A stretch of 64,000 nt of DNA from contig JAJYBR010000001.1 of NCBI GenBank assembly GCA_021778895.1, positions 228,386-292,385 on the forward strand, in the 5' to 3' direction. The notes beneath the pieces are model-generated. The model was not told the origin of the DNA. It saw only the letters and a list, made by a program, of their open reading frames with translations, and did not search any database. Below are positions 16,091 to 25,291 of the stretch, one piece after another; position 1 is the first letter of the stretch, and each line of letters begins with the position of its first letter. The stretch is from Actinomycetes bacterium. GTDB lineage: Bacteria; Actinomycetota; Acidimicrobiia; Acidimicrobiales; RAAP-2. The translations under genes and the position numbers were made by a program.

Positions 16091-17980
16091 TCAGCGCCCC
16101 CGGTGGTGGTGTCGGGTCCTGACCCGGCGCGCCGCTGGAGGGAGCAGGGAGTTGGCGTAGTCGACGAGGCGCCCGGCCGGTTCTGGGGCGGGTGTCGGGG
16201 TGGTCCCGTCTACCTGTCCCAGCCGATACGCCGCGTTCACGAGCGACACGTGGGAGAAGGCTTGGGGGAAGTTGCCGACGAGTCGATGGGCCACGGTGTC
16301 GTACTCCTCGGAGAGAAGCCCGAGGTCGTTGCGCAGTGCCAGCAGCCGGGCGAAGAGTGCGTTGGCGTCCTCGTCGCGTCCGATCAAGTGCAGGCAGTCG
16401 ACCAGCCAGAAGGAGCACGCGAGGAATGCACCCTCGCGACCGGTGAGACCGTCCACGCCCGTGTCCTCGTCGTGGGTCTGGTAGCGCAGCACGAGGCCGC
16501 CGTCGAGCAGGGAGTCGCTGATCGCGTTGATCGTGGCGACCACGCGCGGGTCGCTCGCGGGCAGGAATCCAACGAGGGGGATGCGCAGCAGGCTGGCGTC
16601 GAGCTGGTCCGAGCCGTAGTACTGGGTGAACGCCTTCGCGTCCTCGTTGTACCCCCGGGCGCACACCTCATCGGTGATCTTCTGGCGCAGTGTTCGCCAT
16701 CGCTCGATCGGGCCCTCGAGATCCGGCCACTCCTCGAGGGTCTTGATCGCCCGGTCTACCGCCACCCAGGCCATGACCTTGGAGTAGGTGAAGTGGCGAC
16801 GGGGTCCGCGCACCTCCCAGATGCCCTCGTCGGGCTCGACCCAACGCGCCTCGACGTAGTCCATGAGCACGAGTTGCAGGTTCCACACGGCGCGACTGTT
16901 CACGCCCTCGGCGTGCGCCGAGTGATACAGGGCCGACATGACCTCGCCGAAGACGTCGAGTTGGAACTGTCCCGAGGCGGCGTTGCCGATGCGCACCGGC
17001 GCGGACTTCTCGTAGCCCGGCAACCAGCTCGCTTCCCACTCCTCCAGGCGGCGCTCGCCGGCCGGTCCGTACATGATCTGCAGCTGCCCGACGTCACCGG
17101 CGACCGCGCGCAACAACCAGTCGCGCCAGGCCATCGCCTCTTCGAGGTACCCGCCGCGCAGGAGCGACTCGAGCGTGAAGGTCGCGTCGCGCAGCCAGCA
17201 GTAGCGGTAGTCCCAGTTACGGTTTCCCCCGAGTGCCTCGGGCAGCGAGGTCGTGGCGGCGGCGACGATGCCGCCGGTGGGGGCGTAGGTGAGGGCCTTC
17301 AGGGTGATCAGGGAGCGCACGACGGCCTCGCGCCACGGACCCTGGTACGTACACTGTGCGGCCCAGTCCCGCCAGAAGTTGTCCGTGCGCCGCAGGGCGT
17401 AGGAAGCGTCGAGCGGTGGCGGAGGATCTTCGTGCGACGGATACCAGACGAGGGTGAAGGCGAAGCGCTGGCCCTCGCTCACCGTGAAGTCGGCGACCGT
17501 GTGCATGTCCTCGCCGACCGGGGTCACGCCGTGCCACAGGGCAACGGCCTCGGGACCCGCCGTCAGGCGTACGATCCCCTCGGTCGAGGTGACCCACGGG
17601 ATCTCGGAGCCGTAGCCGAAGCGCACCGCCAGGGTCATGTGCATGTCGACGGTCCCCGACACGCCATCGACGAGACGCATGACCTGGGGATGAGTTTCGC
17701 GGATCGGCATGAAGTCAGTGACGCGCACGGTGCCGGTGGGCGTGTCGAACTCGGTCTCCAGCACCAGCGAGTCCTCGCGGTACTTTCGACGTGCGGTGCC
17801 GGTGCCCGACGCGGGGGCCAGCTGCCAGAAGCCGTGGGACTCGTCTCCCAGGAGTTGCGCGAAACAGGCCGGGGAGTCGAAGTCGGGCAGGCAGAGCCAG
17901 TCGATCGATCCGTTGACGCTTACCACCGCGGCTGTTCGTAGATCACCGATCACCGCGTAGTCCTCGATCGGCACCGTCAT
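16091..17980 (-). CDS. Glycoside hydrolase family 15 (glucoamylase/trehalase type)
   Basis: MTVPIEDYAVIGDLRTAAVVSVNGSIDWLCLPDFDSPACFAQLLG, NWDYRYCWLRDATFTL and FSHVSLVNAA. 629 aa. Confidence 0.9.
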   Translation of the reverse strand: MTVPIEDYAVIGDLRTAAVVSVNGSIDWLCLPDFDSPACFAQLLGDESHGFWQLAPASGTGTARRKYREDSLVLETEFDTPTGTVRVTDFMPIRETHPQVMRLVDGVSGTVDMHMTLAVRFGYGSEIPWVTSTEGIVRLTAGPEAVALWHGVTPVGEDMHTVADFTVSEGQRFAFTLVWYPSHEDPPPPLDASYALRRTDNFWRDWAAQCTYQGPWREAVVRSLITLKALTYAPTGGIVAAATTSLPEALGGNRNWDYRYCWLRDATFTLESLLRGGYLEEAMAWRDWLLRAVAGDVGQLQIMYGPAGERRLEEWEASWLPGYEKSAPVRIGNAASGQFQLDVFGEVMSALYHSAHAEGVNSRAVWNLQLVLMDYVEARWVEPDEGIWEVRGPRRHFTYSKVMAWVAVDRAIKTLEEWPDLEGPIERWRTLRQKITDEVCARGYNEDAKAFTQYYGSDQLDASLLRIPLVGFLPASDPRVVATINAISDSLLDGGLVLRYQTHDEDTGVDGLTGREGAFLACSFWLVDCLHLIGRDEDANALFARLLALRNDLGLLSEEYDTVAHRLVGNFPQAFSHVSLVNAAYRLGQVDGTTPTPAPEPAGRLVDYANSLLPPAARRVRTRHHHRGR

Positions 17981-18104
17981 GATCCCCAGTCTGGCCGGAG
18001 GGGACGGGAGATTATGTGCGGGCTGGTTCGGGGGACGCCGGTGCGTCCACGGGTGGAGGCCATCGCACGAGTTCGGCGACCAGTTTGCGGCTCTCCGCGG
18101 CCTT

Positions 18105-18860
18105 TTACCGGACTCGTCCCTCCGGGTGACGGATCGGTCCCCGCGCCGGCGCCGGCGATACCGGCGTGGCGGGCTCGCCGCGCTGCGACGCCCGACCCGT
18201 CGCTAGCGCCCAGCGCCCCCCCAAGCGCCACACTCGTCCGCTGGTGCGCGAGCTGTAGGTGCGCGTGACAGCCCGATGCCCGAGGGTGCGAAGGGTGACG
18301 CGCATGGACGCCGGCGAGCCCGCCGGCGTCGGGACGCCATGGAGCGCCGACACCGAGAGGATGTTGCCGGGCATCCACGCCTTGTACCAGTGCCTTCCCG
18401 CGTCCCACGTCACGTCCAGGACGTTCGCGCCCAGGGAGTAGGCGATCACGATCCTCCAGGAGAACACCTTCACCGCCGTGACGTTGGCGCCCGCGGCCCC
18501 CGACGTCGCGAGGTACGAGCCGGCCGTCGTCCACGTGGCGCCGTGGTCGCTGCTGCGGATCGGATACTGGCTGATGCGACCGGCCGGGCCATCCCATTCC
18601 ACGGCCCAGGCCACGTCGCCCAGGAATGCGGCACCGGTGACGATGCGGCCGTTCTCTCGGGTCACGGGAGTTCCGTAGGGCAGCGGCGTGGGGTAGCCGG
18701 GTCCGGTTGGATCGACCAGCAGGGTGGCCCGGATCTGCCGGGGCAATGTCGACGTGGCCGCAGATGCCGACGGGGTAGGCGGGGTGGCGACGGCCACGAT
18801 GGCGGCGACCAGGGCACCGGCCTGCCACGCTGCGCGCGTGCGCAGACGTGTGAAGGGCAT
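18105..18860 (-). CDS. Secreted protein with BNR/Asp-box-like motifs, function unknown
   Basis: Internal ATG 18860 of ORF 18105..18944. The signal-like N-terminus is MPFTRLRTRAAWQAGALVAAIVAVATPPTPSASA. It carries one SSDHGATW Asp-box and degenerate copies (TWDAGRHW, TSGRVW). Codon usage is GC3-rich. Confidence 0.55.
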   Translation of the reverse strand: MPFTRLRTRAAWQAGALVAAIVAVATPPTPSASAATSTLPRQIRATLLVDPTGPGYPTPLPYGTPVTRENGRIVTGAAFLGDVAWAVEWDGPAGRISQYPIRSSDHGATWTTAGSYLATSGAAGANVTAVKVFSWRIVIAYSLGANVLDVTWDAGRHWYKAWMPGNILSVSALHGVPTPAGSPASMRVTLRTLGHRAVTRTYSSRTSGRVWRLGGRWALATGRASQRGEPATPVSPAPARGPIRHPEGRVR

Positions 18861-19076
18861 CGGGCCGACTCTACCGGGCGACATCGCGACTCCCCATCCA
18901 GGCGACGACGTCTCGGTGACGAGGATACGCCGACCCGGGATCACGTCCGGGCGGCCACGGTGGGCGCCGGCATCGGGCAGCGGGTCGACGTTGCGGGACC
19001 TCGCGTCGGACCCGCGACGAGGTGACGCGACGATCGATGCGATGGCGCGTTGGCGTTCTTGGGGGCTCGACCGCGG

Positions 19077-20009
19077 CTAGCGAGCCGCGAAGCGCAGAGG
19101 CGCCGACGCGAAGGAGCTGGGGAAGCCCCCGGTGGCGACGAGGACGCAGGAGCGTTGGCACGGTGCCATGTCGGCGACGTCATAGGTCCTGGTCCCGGCG
19201 CGGTTCGACACCACGAACGTGTAGCGGCCCGAGCCCGTGACGTCAGTGAGACCGAAGGGCTGGGCGGCCAGCTGCGTGCCGCACCCGCCCCTGTTGGCAT
19301 CGGCAGCGGTCGCGCACTCGGACAAGAAGAACTTCGCGCTGATGTCGAAACCCCGCACTCTCACGGTCACGGTCTCGCCCGAGTGGAGGTTGCTCGCTGG
19401 CGAGACAGTCAGTGTCGGTACGCGGCCGGTGATTCCTCCCGGACCGAGCTTGCGCGTGACGTCGAGCGCGATCTGGCTCCCCGCGCCGTTGGCGCACGCA
19501 GGTGGCCGGAAGGACGACGGCGCGAATGTCGACGCCCCGATCGCCACGGGGTGACGCCACCCGCGGTACGTGATGGTCATCCGTCGGGGCGCTCGCGAGA
19601 AGCCGCACCAGGCCATCTCCACGATCGCCCACGGCTGGTTGGGTGTGACCACGACCGGCTTCGAGGGAGTCGGGAGCGGGGGCGTCCAGTGGTAGGGCGT
19701 CTCGGCGAACCCCAGGCGGCGTCCAGACGACGTGAAGAGGTGGATCGTCGGACGTCCCGACAGGGAGCACGAGCGTGGCCAACTGCTCGAGAAGGTGAGA
19801 TCGGCGTCGGGGTTCCCGGGGTTGTTGAACACGAGCATCGTCTGGAGAGCCGTCGGCGAACAGGCCGGGACGGCCGCCACACTGGCGGCAACTGACGGGC
19901 GCGAGGGGGCGACGAGTGACGCGAGCGCCACGGCCGCCACCACCAGGCCGGCTCGGATCGACGAGCGCCCCCGCACAGGGACGAGTGCTGGTGACGCCGG
20001 TGACAGCAC
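19077..20009 (-). CDS. Secreted two-domain protein: DUF4232-like N-terminal domain plus neocarzinostatin-family-like C-terminal domain
   Basis: GTG 20009 follows GGAG. The signal peptide is ...RAGLVVAAVALASLVAPS. The N-domain (CSPTALQTMLVFNNPGNP...SCSLSGRPTIHLF) resembles DUF4232. The C-domain (PTLTVSPASNLHSGETVTVRVRGF...FLSECATAADANRGGCG...GRYTFVV...APCQRSCVLVATG) resembles the neocarzinostatin/actinoxanthin apoprotein fold with its two Cys pairs. Confidence 0.6.
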   Translation of the reverse strand: MLSPASPALVPVRGRSSIRAGLVVAAVALASLVAPSRPSVAASVAAVPACSPTALQTMLVFNNPGNPDADLTFSSSWPRSCSLSGRPTIHLFTSSGRRLGFAETPYHWTPPLPTPSKPVVVTPNQPWAIVEMAWCGFSRAPRRMTITYRGWRHPVAIGASTFAPSSFRPPACANGAGSQIALDVTRKLGPGGITGRVPTLTVSPASNLHSGETVTVRVRGFDISAKFFLSECATAADANRGGCGTQLAAQPFGLTDVTGSGRYTFVVSNRAGTRTYDVADMAPCQRSCVLVATGGFPSSFASAPLRFAAR

Positions 20010-20231
20010 GTGGACTCCCTACCCGTAGGGATGCAGCGCCATCGAGCATAAGTCGTGCGCGACGCGTAGCGAGTGCTCAGGCGCACGCGAGCCCCGGGGG
20101 CTGGCGCGCGGTAGGCGAGGAGCGCGGTCGTCGGTGCCCGCCCCGGGGCGTCGGTAGTCGCCTCGAGATCACGGACCAGACGCCGCGCTCGGCGATCCGA
20201 GCGGCGAGCCAGATCCGCGGGGAAGGTGCGA

Positions 20232-20690
20232 TCAGTCCCGCGTGATGGCGCGCGTCACCAGCTCGCGCACCCGTGCCTCGGTGGCCGGGTCGAGCGCGCG
20301 CAGCGCGTAGGTCGTCGGCCACAGGTCGCCGTCGTCGAGCCGCGCCTGGTCGGAGAAGCCGAGTGTCGCGTAACGGGCCTTGAACTTGGCGGCTGCCTGG
20401 AAGAAGCACAGCACGTGGCCCTCCAGCGCGTAGGCCGGCATGCCGTACCAGGTGCGCGGCTCGAGCCCCGGCGCGCACTCGAGGATCAGCGCGTGGAGAC
20501 GCTCGGCCAGAACCCGGTCCGCGTCGGGCATCTCGGCGATCTTGGCCAGCACGTCGGCTGTGCCGTCGGCGCGGCTGGTGGCCGCGGAGCGCCGGGAGGC
20601 GGCACGGACCTCGCGGGCCCGTTCGCGCATCGCGGCGCGCTCCTCCGCGCTGAATCCCTCGGCCTCGTCTCGGCTCCCCTTGGCGGGCAT
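20232..20690 (-). CDS. DUF1801 (YdhG-like) domain protein
   Basis: MPDADRVLAERLHALILECAPGLEPRTWYGMPAYALEGHVLCFFQAAAKFKARYATLGF fits the DUF1801 pattern. 152 aa. Confidence 0.6.
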   Translation of the reverse strand: MPAKGSRDEAEGFSAEERAAMRERAREVRAASRRSAATSRADGTADVLAKIAEMPDADRVLAERLHALILECAPGLEPRTWYGMPAYALEGHVLCFFQAAAKFKARYATLGFSDQARLDDGDLWPTTYALRALDPATEARVRELVTRAITRD

Positions 20691-20769
20691 GGCGGCTCCC
20701 CGGTTCTCGCGGCCGCGTGTGCGGCGCGCTCATCCTAGGACGGTGCCCGAGCGGGTCCCGTGCTCGACC

Positions 20770-22035
20770 TCAGGCGACCAGTGTCCAGGGATTCTCGAGG
20801 TAGGTGGTCAGGGTCCGGAGGAACTGGGCGGCCAGTGCGCCGTCGATCACCCGGTGGTCGCTCGAGAGCGTGTAGCGGAGGCGGTACCCCGCCTCGACGG
20901 CGCCGTCGACGAGCACGGGCTCCGTCGTCGTGGCGCCGACAGCCAGGATCGCGGCCTCGGGCGGGTTGATGATCGCGGTGAACTGCTCCACGCCGAACAT
21001 GCCCAGGTTGGAGATCGTGAAGGTGCCGCCCGACATGTCCTCGACGGTGAGGTGCCGATCCTCGGCCCGGGCCATCAGTCGATGGGTCTCGGCGCCGATG
21101 TCGGTGACGGTGCGCTGGTCGGCGTCGGTGATGACGGGCACCACCAGTCCGTGCGCCGAGGCCACCGCGACCCCGATGTTGATCCGTCGGTGCACCAGCA
21201 TCGTCGTCGCCGTTTCGTCGACGTAGGAGCTGTTGACGCCGGGATGCTCGCGCAGCGCCAGGGCGCACGCCTTGACCACCAGGTCGTTGATGCTCACCTT
21301 GGGACGGCTGACCGCAGCCAGCTGGCCGTTGAGCTCGCGGCGCATGCGCACCAGGGGACCGGCGTCGGCGACGGCCGTCGCGTAGAAGTGGGGGACCGTG
21401 CGAGCACTCTCGCTCATGCGACGGGCGATGACACGGCGCGTGCTGGTGATGGGCACGGCCTCCGATCCCCGCTTCTCGTCGGTCAGCACGACGGCCTGCC
21501 CGTGCAGCTCGGTGAAGGCCTCGTGAATCTGGCTGCGGTGCTCGAGCAGCTCGGTGAGGTCGTGACGCACGATGCGACCTCCGGGACCGGTGCCTCGCAC
21601 GTCGCGCAGGTCCAGCTGGTGCTCCCGGGCCAGCCGGCGCACCAGCGGCGAGGCCACGAGGCGGTCGGCGGCGACCGAGGGCTCGAGGGTCGGCACCGAC
21701 GGCGCGGCGGACGAGGCCGGGGTGGGCGCGGGCGCTGGTGCCATCTCGTGGGCGGCGGGTGCGGGAGCGCTCACGCTCGGCTGGCGATCGGTGCCGGTGC
21801 TAGCGGCGTCGAGCAGGGCGATCGGCGCACCGATGGGAACGCTCTGGCCCTCGGTTACGAGGATCTCGGACAGCACCCCGTTGTCGTAGGCCTCGTACTC
21901 CATGACGGCCTTGTCGGTCTCGATCTCGACCAGGACGTCGCCCGCCTGGACGTGGTCGCCGGGGTGCTTGTGCCACGTGGCGATCGTCCCCTCCTCCATA
22001 GTGTCGGAGAGCCGGGGCATCGTGATCTCAATCAT
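20770..22035 (-). CDS. 2-oxoacid dehydrogenase E2 (dihydrolipoamide acyltransferase)
   Basis: The lipoyl domain is MPRLSDTMEEGTIATWHKHPGDHVQAGDVLVEIETDKAVMEYEA. It also has an E3-binding region (SPLVRRLAREHQLDL) and a catalytic DHRVIDGA motif. Confidence 0.92.
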   Translation of the reverse strand: MIEITMPRLSDTMEEGTIATWHKHPGDHVQAGDVLVEIETDKAVMEYEAYDNGVLSEILVTEGQSVPIGAPIALLDAASTGTDRQPSVSAPAPAAHEMAPAPAPTPASSAAPSVPTLEPSVAADRLVASPLVRRLAREHQLDLRDVRGTGPGGRIVRHDLTELLEHRSQIHEAFTELHGQAVVLTDEKRGSEAVPITSTRRVIARRMSESARTVPHFYATAVADAGPLVRMRRELNGQLAAVSRPKVSINDLVVKACALALREHPGVNSSYVDETATTMLVHRRINIGVAVASAHGLVVPVITDADQRTVTDIGAETHRLMARAEDRHLTVEDMSGGTFTISNLGMFGVEQFTAIINPPEAAILAVGATTTEPVLVDGAVEAGYRLRYTLSSDHRVIDGALAAQFLRTLTTYLENPWTLVA

Positions 22036-23041
22036 GGCCCACCTTCACGTGGCGTCGGCCCACGGCGTCGAGCGTCTGGTACACCGCGGCGATCACGTCG
22101 TCGGTCGAGGGCAGGGCCGCGGTCTCCAGGGGCTTGGAGTAGGGGAGGGGGACCTCGGCCATGGCGACGCGGCGCACCGGCGCGTCCAGGTCGTCGAATG
22201 CCCCGTCGGAGATGCTGGCTGCGACCTCGGCGCCGATGCCGTAGGTCAGCCAGTCGTCTTCCAGGACGACGGCGGCGTGCGTCTTGCGCACCGACGCGAC
22301 GATCGTCTCGCGGTCCAGGGGCCGCAGGCTCATCAGGTCGACCACCTCGATGTCGAGCCCCTCGGAGGCCGCCAGCTGGTCGGCCACCTGGGCGGCGACG
22401 TGGGCGGTGCGCGAGTATCCGACCAGGGTCAGGTCGTGGCCTTCGCGGGTGACCCGTGCGCGCCCGATGGTCGCGGGCGCCAGGTCGTCGGGCACCTCGC
22501 CCTTGGTGTTGTAGAGGGCCAGGTTCTCGAGGAACAGCACCGGGTCGTCGTCGCGGATCGCCGCTTGGAGCAGCGCCCGGGCGTCGGCCGGCGTTGAGGG
22601 AGCGACGACCTTGAGACCGGGGACGAAGGCGTAGTAGAGCTCGACGTTCTGGGAGTGGGTCGCCCCCAGCTGCTGACCTCCGCCCCCCGGCGTGCGGATC
22701 ACGAGCGGCACACTGGCCTGGCCCCCGAACATGCCGTAGATCTTCGCGGCGTGGTTGACGATCTGGTCCAGGGCCAGGAGGGAGAAGTTGATCGTCATGA
22801 TCTCGACCACGGGTCGCAGCCCGAGCATGGCCGCACCGATCGCCGCACCCGTGAAGCCCTCCTCGGCGATGGGCGTGTCGCGCACGCGACGGGGGCCGAA
22901 CTCCTCGAGCAGGCCGGCCGTGATCTTGTAGGAGCCCTCGAAGACGCCGATCTCCTCGCCCAGGAGGAAGACCCGCTCGTCGCGCAGCATCTCGTCGCGC
23001 AGCGTGTCGTGCAGTGCCTGGCGGTAGGTCATGATGGCCAT
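22028..23041 (-). CDS. 2-oxoacid dehydrogenase E1 beta subunit
   Basis: MTYRQALHDTLRDEM, VFLLGEEIGVFEGSYKIT, RVRDTPIAEEGFTGAAIGAAMLGLRPVVEIM. Overlaps the E2 start by 8 nt. Confidence 0.92.
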   Translation of the reverse strand: MAIMTYRQALHDTLRDEMLRDERVFLLGEEIGVFEGSYKITAGLLEEFGPRRVRDTPIAEEGFTGAAIGAAMLGLRPVVEIMTINFSLLALDQIVNHAAKIYGMFGGQASVPLVIRTPGGGGQQLGATHSQNVELYYAFVPGLKVVAPSTPADARALLQAAIRDDDPVLFLENLALYNTKGEVPDDLAPATIGRARVTREGHDLTLVGYSRTAHVAAQVADQLAASEGLDIEVVDLMSLRPLDRETIVASVRKTHAAVVLEDDWLTYGIGAEVAASISDGAFDDLDAPVRRVAMAEVPLPYSKPLETAALPSTDDVIAAVYQTLDAVGRRHVKVGHD

Positions 23042-24132
23042 CAGCTCTCACCCTCCTCGGGCCGCGGTGCCGGCGGGAACAGCGGATCGCCCGGGTAGCG
23101 GGTTCCGACGTTGTCGACCGGCGTGGCGTACGTGTAGTCGAACAGGGTCGACACGTCGGGTGAGGCGCTGGCCTCGGCGAACTGGGCCGCCTCCTCGACG
23201 ATGCGCAGTGCGGTGCGGTTCATCTCCTCGAGCTGCTCGTCACTGAGCAACCCCTCGGCGACGAGACGCGCGGCCAGCGCGGGCACGGGGTCGTGCGCGC
23301 GCAGGTCGGCGACCTCGGCCTCGGTGCGGTACTTGGCCGGGTCCACCACCGAGTGGCCCCGCAGGCGCTCGCTCACGACCTCGAGCAGGTAGGGCTCACC
23401 GTCGCGCGCGCTGGCGACCGCGATCTCGGCGGCGGCGGCGACGGCGACCGGGTCGAGGCCGTCGACCCGGGCCGAGGCCATGCGATAGGCGGTCCCGCGG
23501 CGGAAGAGCTCGGGCTCGGCCGAGGACGCCTCGACCGTGGTCCCCATGCCGAGGCGGTTGTTGATGATGACGTAGACGATCGGCAGGTGCCACAGGGCGG
23601 CGATGTTCAGCGACTCGTGGAACGCACCGATGTTGGTGGTGCCGTCGCCCATCGTGCACATGACGATCTCGCGGCCGCCGCGGTACTCGATGGCCAGGGC
23701 GGCGCCGGTCGCCACAGGGACCTGGCCGCCCACGATGCCGTACCCGCCGAGCAGGCGGTGCGCGGTGTCGAACATGTGCATCGAGCCGCCCCACCCCTTC
23801 GAGACGCCGTCGGTGCGCCCGTAGAGCTCGGCCATGACCCGGTTGGGGTCGATCCCGCGGTCCACGGCGTACCCGTGCTCGCGGTAGTTGGTGAACAGGT
23901 AGTCGGTCGGCTCGAGGGCCGTCAGCAGGCCGACGATGGCCGCCTCCTCACCCAGGTTCAAGTGGCAGTAGCCACCGATGTGGGCCTGGGTGTACGCGCG
24001 CGCGGTGCGCTCCTCGAAGCGGCGGATCAGCAGCATCCGGCGGTAGAAGTCGACGAGGCGCTGGTGCTCGGCCGTCGTGTCCGCGGCGGCCGCCGCGGCG
24101 CGTGGCCCCTTGGGGCGGGCGGCCGGACTCAC
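23041..24132 (-). CDS. 2-oxoacid dehydrogenase E1 alpha subunit (TPP-dependent)
   Basis: I prefer GTG 24132 (preceded by GAGGGGGA) within ORF 23041..24309. LLIRRFEERTARAY, GYCHLNLGEEA, YREHG, GWGGSMHMFD, GDGTTNIGAFHESLN. Its stop overlaps the E1 beta start (ATGA). Confidence 0.88.
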   Translation of the reverse strand: MSPAARPKGPRAAAAAADTTAEHQRLVDFYRRMLLIRRFEERTARAYTQAHIGGYCHLNLGEEAAIVGLLTALEPTDYLFTNYREHGYAVDRGIDPNRVMAELYGRTDGVSKGWGGSMHMFDTAHRLLGGYGIVGGQVPVATGAALAIEYRGGREIVMCTMGDGTTNIGAFHESLNIAALWHLPIVYVIINNRLGMGTTVEASSAEPELFRRGTAYRMASARVDGLDPVAVAAAAEIAVASARDGEPYLLEVVSERLRGHSVVDPAKYRTEAEVADLRAHDPVPALAARLVAEGLLSDEQLEEMNRTALRIVEEAAQFAEASASPDVSTLFDYTYATPVDNVGTRYPGDPLFPPAPRPEEGES

Positions 24133-24274
24133 CGGTCCCCCTCGCGCTGGGGGAACGCGGAGCGGGGGAGGCGGGTGACGGGGCGCTTCACGCCGAAGCA
24201 GTCTAGGGGTCCTCCCTGATGCGCCGACCAGTTCGCCTTCCGCGTCGGGGCACCCGGCCGGTACCATCGCCGAC

Positions 24275-25282
24275 ATGCACTTGGACACGACGCTGGACTT
24301 CGATCCCACGGGCCGCTGGGACGCCGCCGCACAGGCCGAAGCCGATGGCTACAGCGCCGCCTGGGTCACCGAGGTGGGCCACGACCCCCTGGCGATGCTC
24401 GCCGGAGCGGCGGGGCGCACCACCACGCTGGCGCTGGGAACGAGCATCGTCGTGGCCTTCGGGCGCAGCCCCCTGATCACGGCGACGCTGGCCAACGACG
24501 TCCAGATCCTCTCGCAGGGCCGCCTGCTGCTGGGACTGGGCAGCCAGATCAAGCCGCACATCGAGAAGCGCTACTCGATGCCCTGGTCGCGCCCGGCCGC
24601 CCGGATGCGGGAGTACGTGCTGGCCCTGCGGGCGATCTGGTCGGCGTGGAACGACGGCGCGGCCCTGAACTTCCGGGGCGAGTTCTACCGCCACACGCTG
24701 ATGACGCCGTTCTTCTCGCCGGCACCGCACGCCTACGGGGCGCCCAAGGTCTTCGTCGCTGCCGTGGGCGAGGCCATGACCGAGGTGGCGGGCGAGGTGG
24801 CCGACGGCCTCCTCGTCCACCCCTTCACCACGGTCGCCTACCTGCGCGATGTGACCCTGCCCGCCTTGGAGCGGGGCCTCGCGCGCGCGGGGCGCACCCG
24901 CGACGAGATCGAGATCTCCCTGTCGGGATTCGTGGCCAGCACCGAGGCGGGCGGGCGAGAGGACGTGCGTCGGGCGGTGCGCGACCAGATCGCCTTCTAC
25001 GCCTCGACGCCGGCCTACCGCGGCGTCTTGGCCAGCATCGGCCGCGACGAGCTCCAGGTCCCGCTGGCCGCCCTGGCGCGGCGCGGCGCCTGGGCCGAGA
25101 TGGGCGCGCTGATCGACGACGAGATCCTCGACGCCGTGGCGGTGCCGGGCGAGCCGGCCGCTGCCGCCGCCGCGATCCTGCAGCGCTTCGGGGCCCTGGT
25201 GGACCGCTTCAGCGTCTATCCGCTGCCCGAGATGTCGCCGGCGACCCGTCGCCAGATCCTGGAGGGCTCGCGGGCGTGGTAG
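24275..25282 (+). CDS. LLM-class F420-dependent oxidoreductase (family assignment only)
   Basis: AAAQAEADGYSAAWVTEVGHDP, LGTSIVVAFGRSPL, LLLGLGSQIKPHIEKRYSMPWSRPAARMREYV. 335 aa. Confidence 0.75.
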   Translation: MHLDTTLDFDPTGRWDAAAQAEADGYSAAWVTEVGHDPLAMLAGAAGRTTTLALGTSIVVAFGRSPLITATLANDVQILSQGRLLLGLGSQIKPHIEKRYSMPWSRPAARMREYVLALRAIWSAWNDGAALNFRGEFYRHTLMTPFFSPAPHAYGAPKVFVAAVGEAMTEVAGEVADGLLVHPFTTVAYLRDVTLPALERGLARAGRTRDEIEISLSGFVASTEAGGREDVRRAVRDQIAFYASTPAYRGVLASIGRDELQVPLAALARRGAWAEMGALIDDEILDAVAVPGEPAAAAAAILQRFGALVDRFSVYPLPEMSPATRRQILEGSRAW

Positions 25283-25291
25283 GACCGAACT

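Noticed and set aside
16041-16664. The upstream 208 codons of track ORF 14961..16664, which would give a 567-aa dehydrogenase.
   Set aside because: This part overlaps the 3' end of the GH15 gene in another frame and is low-complexity. The MDR dehydrogenase N-terminus (MKALTV...) begins at the ATG at 16040.
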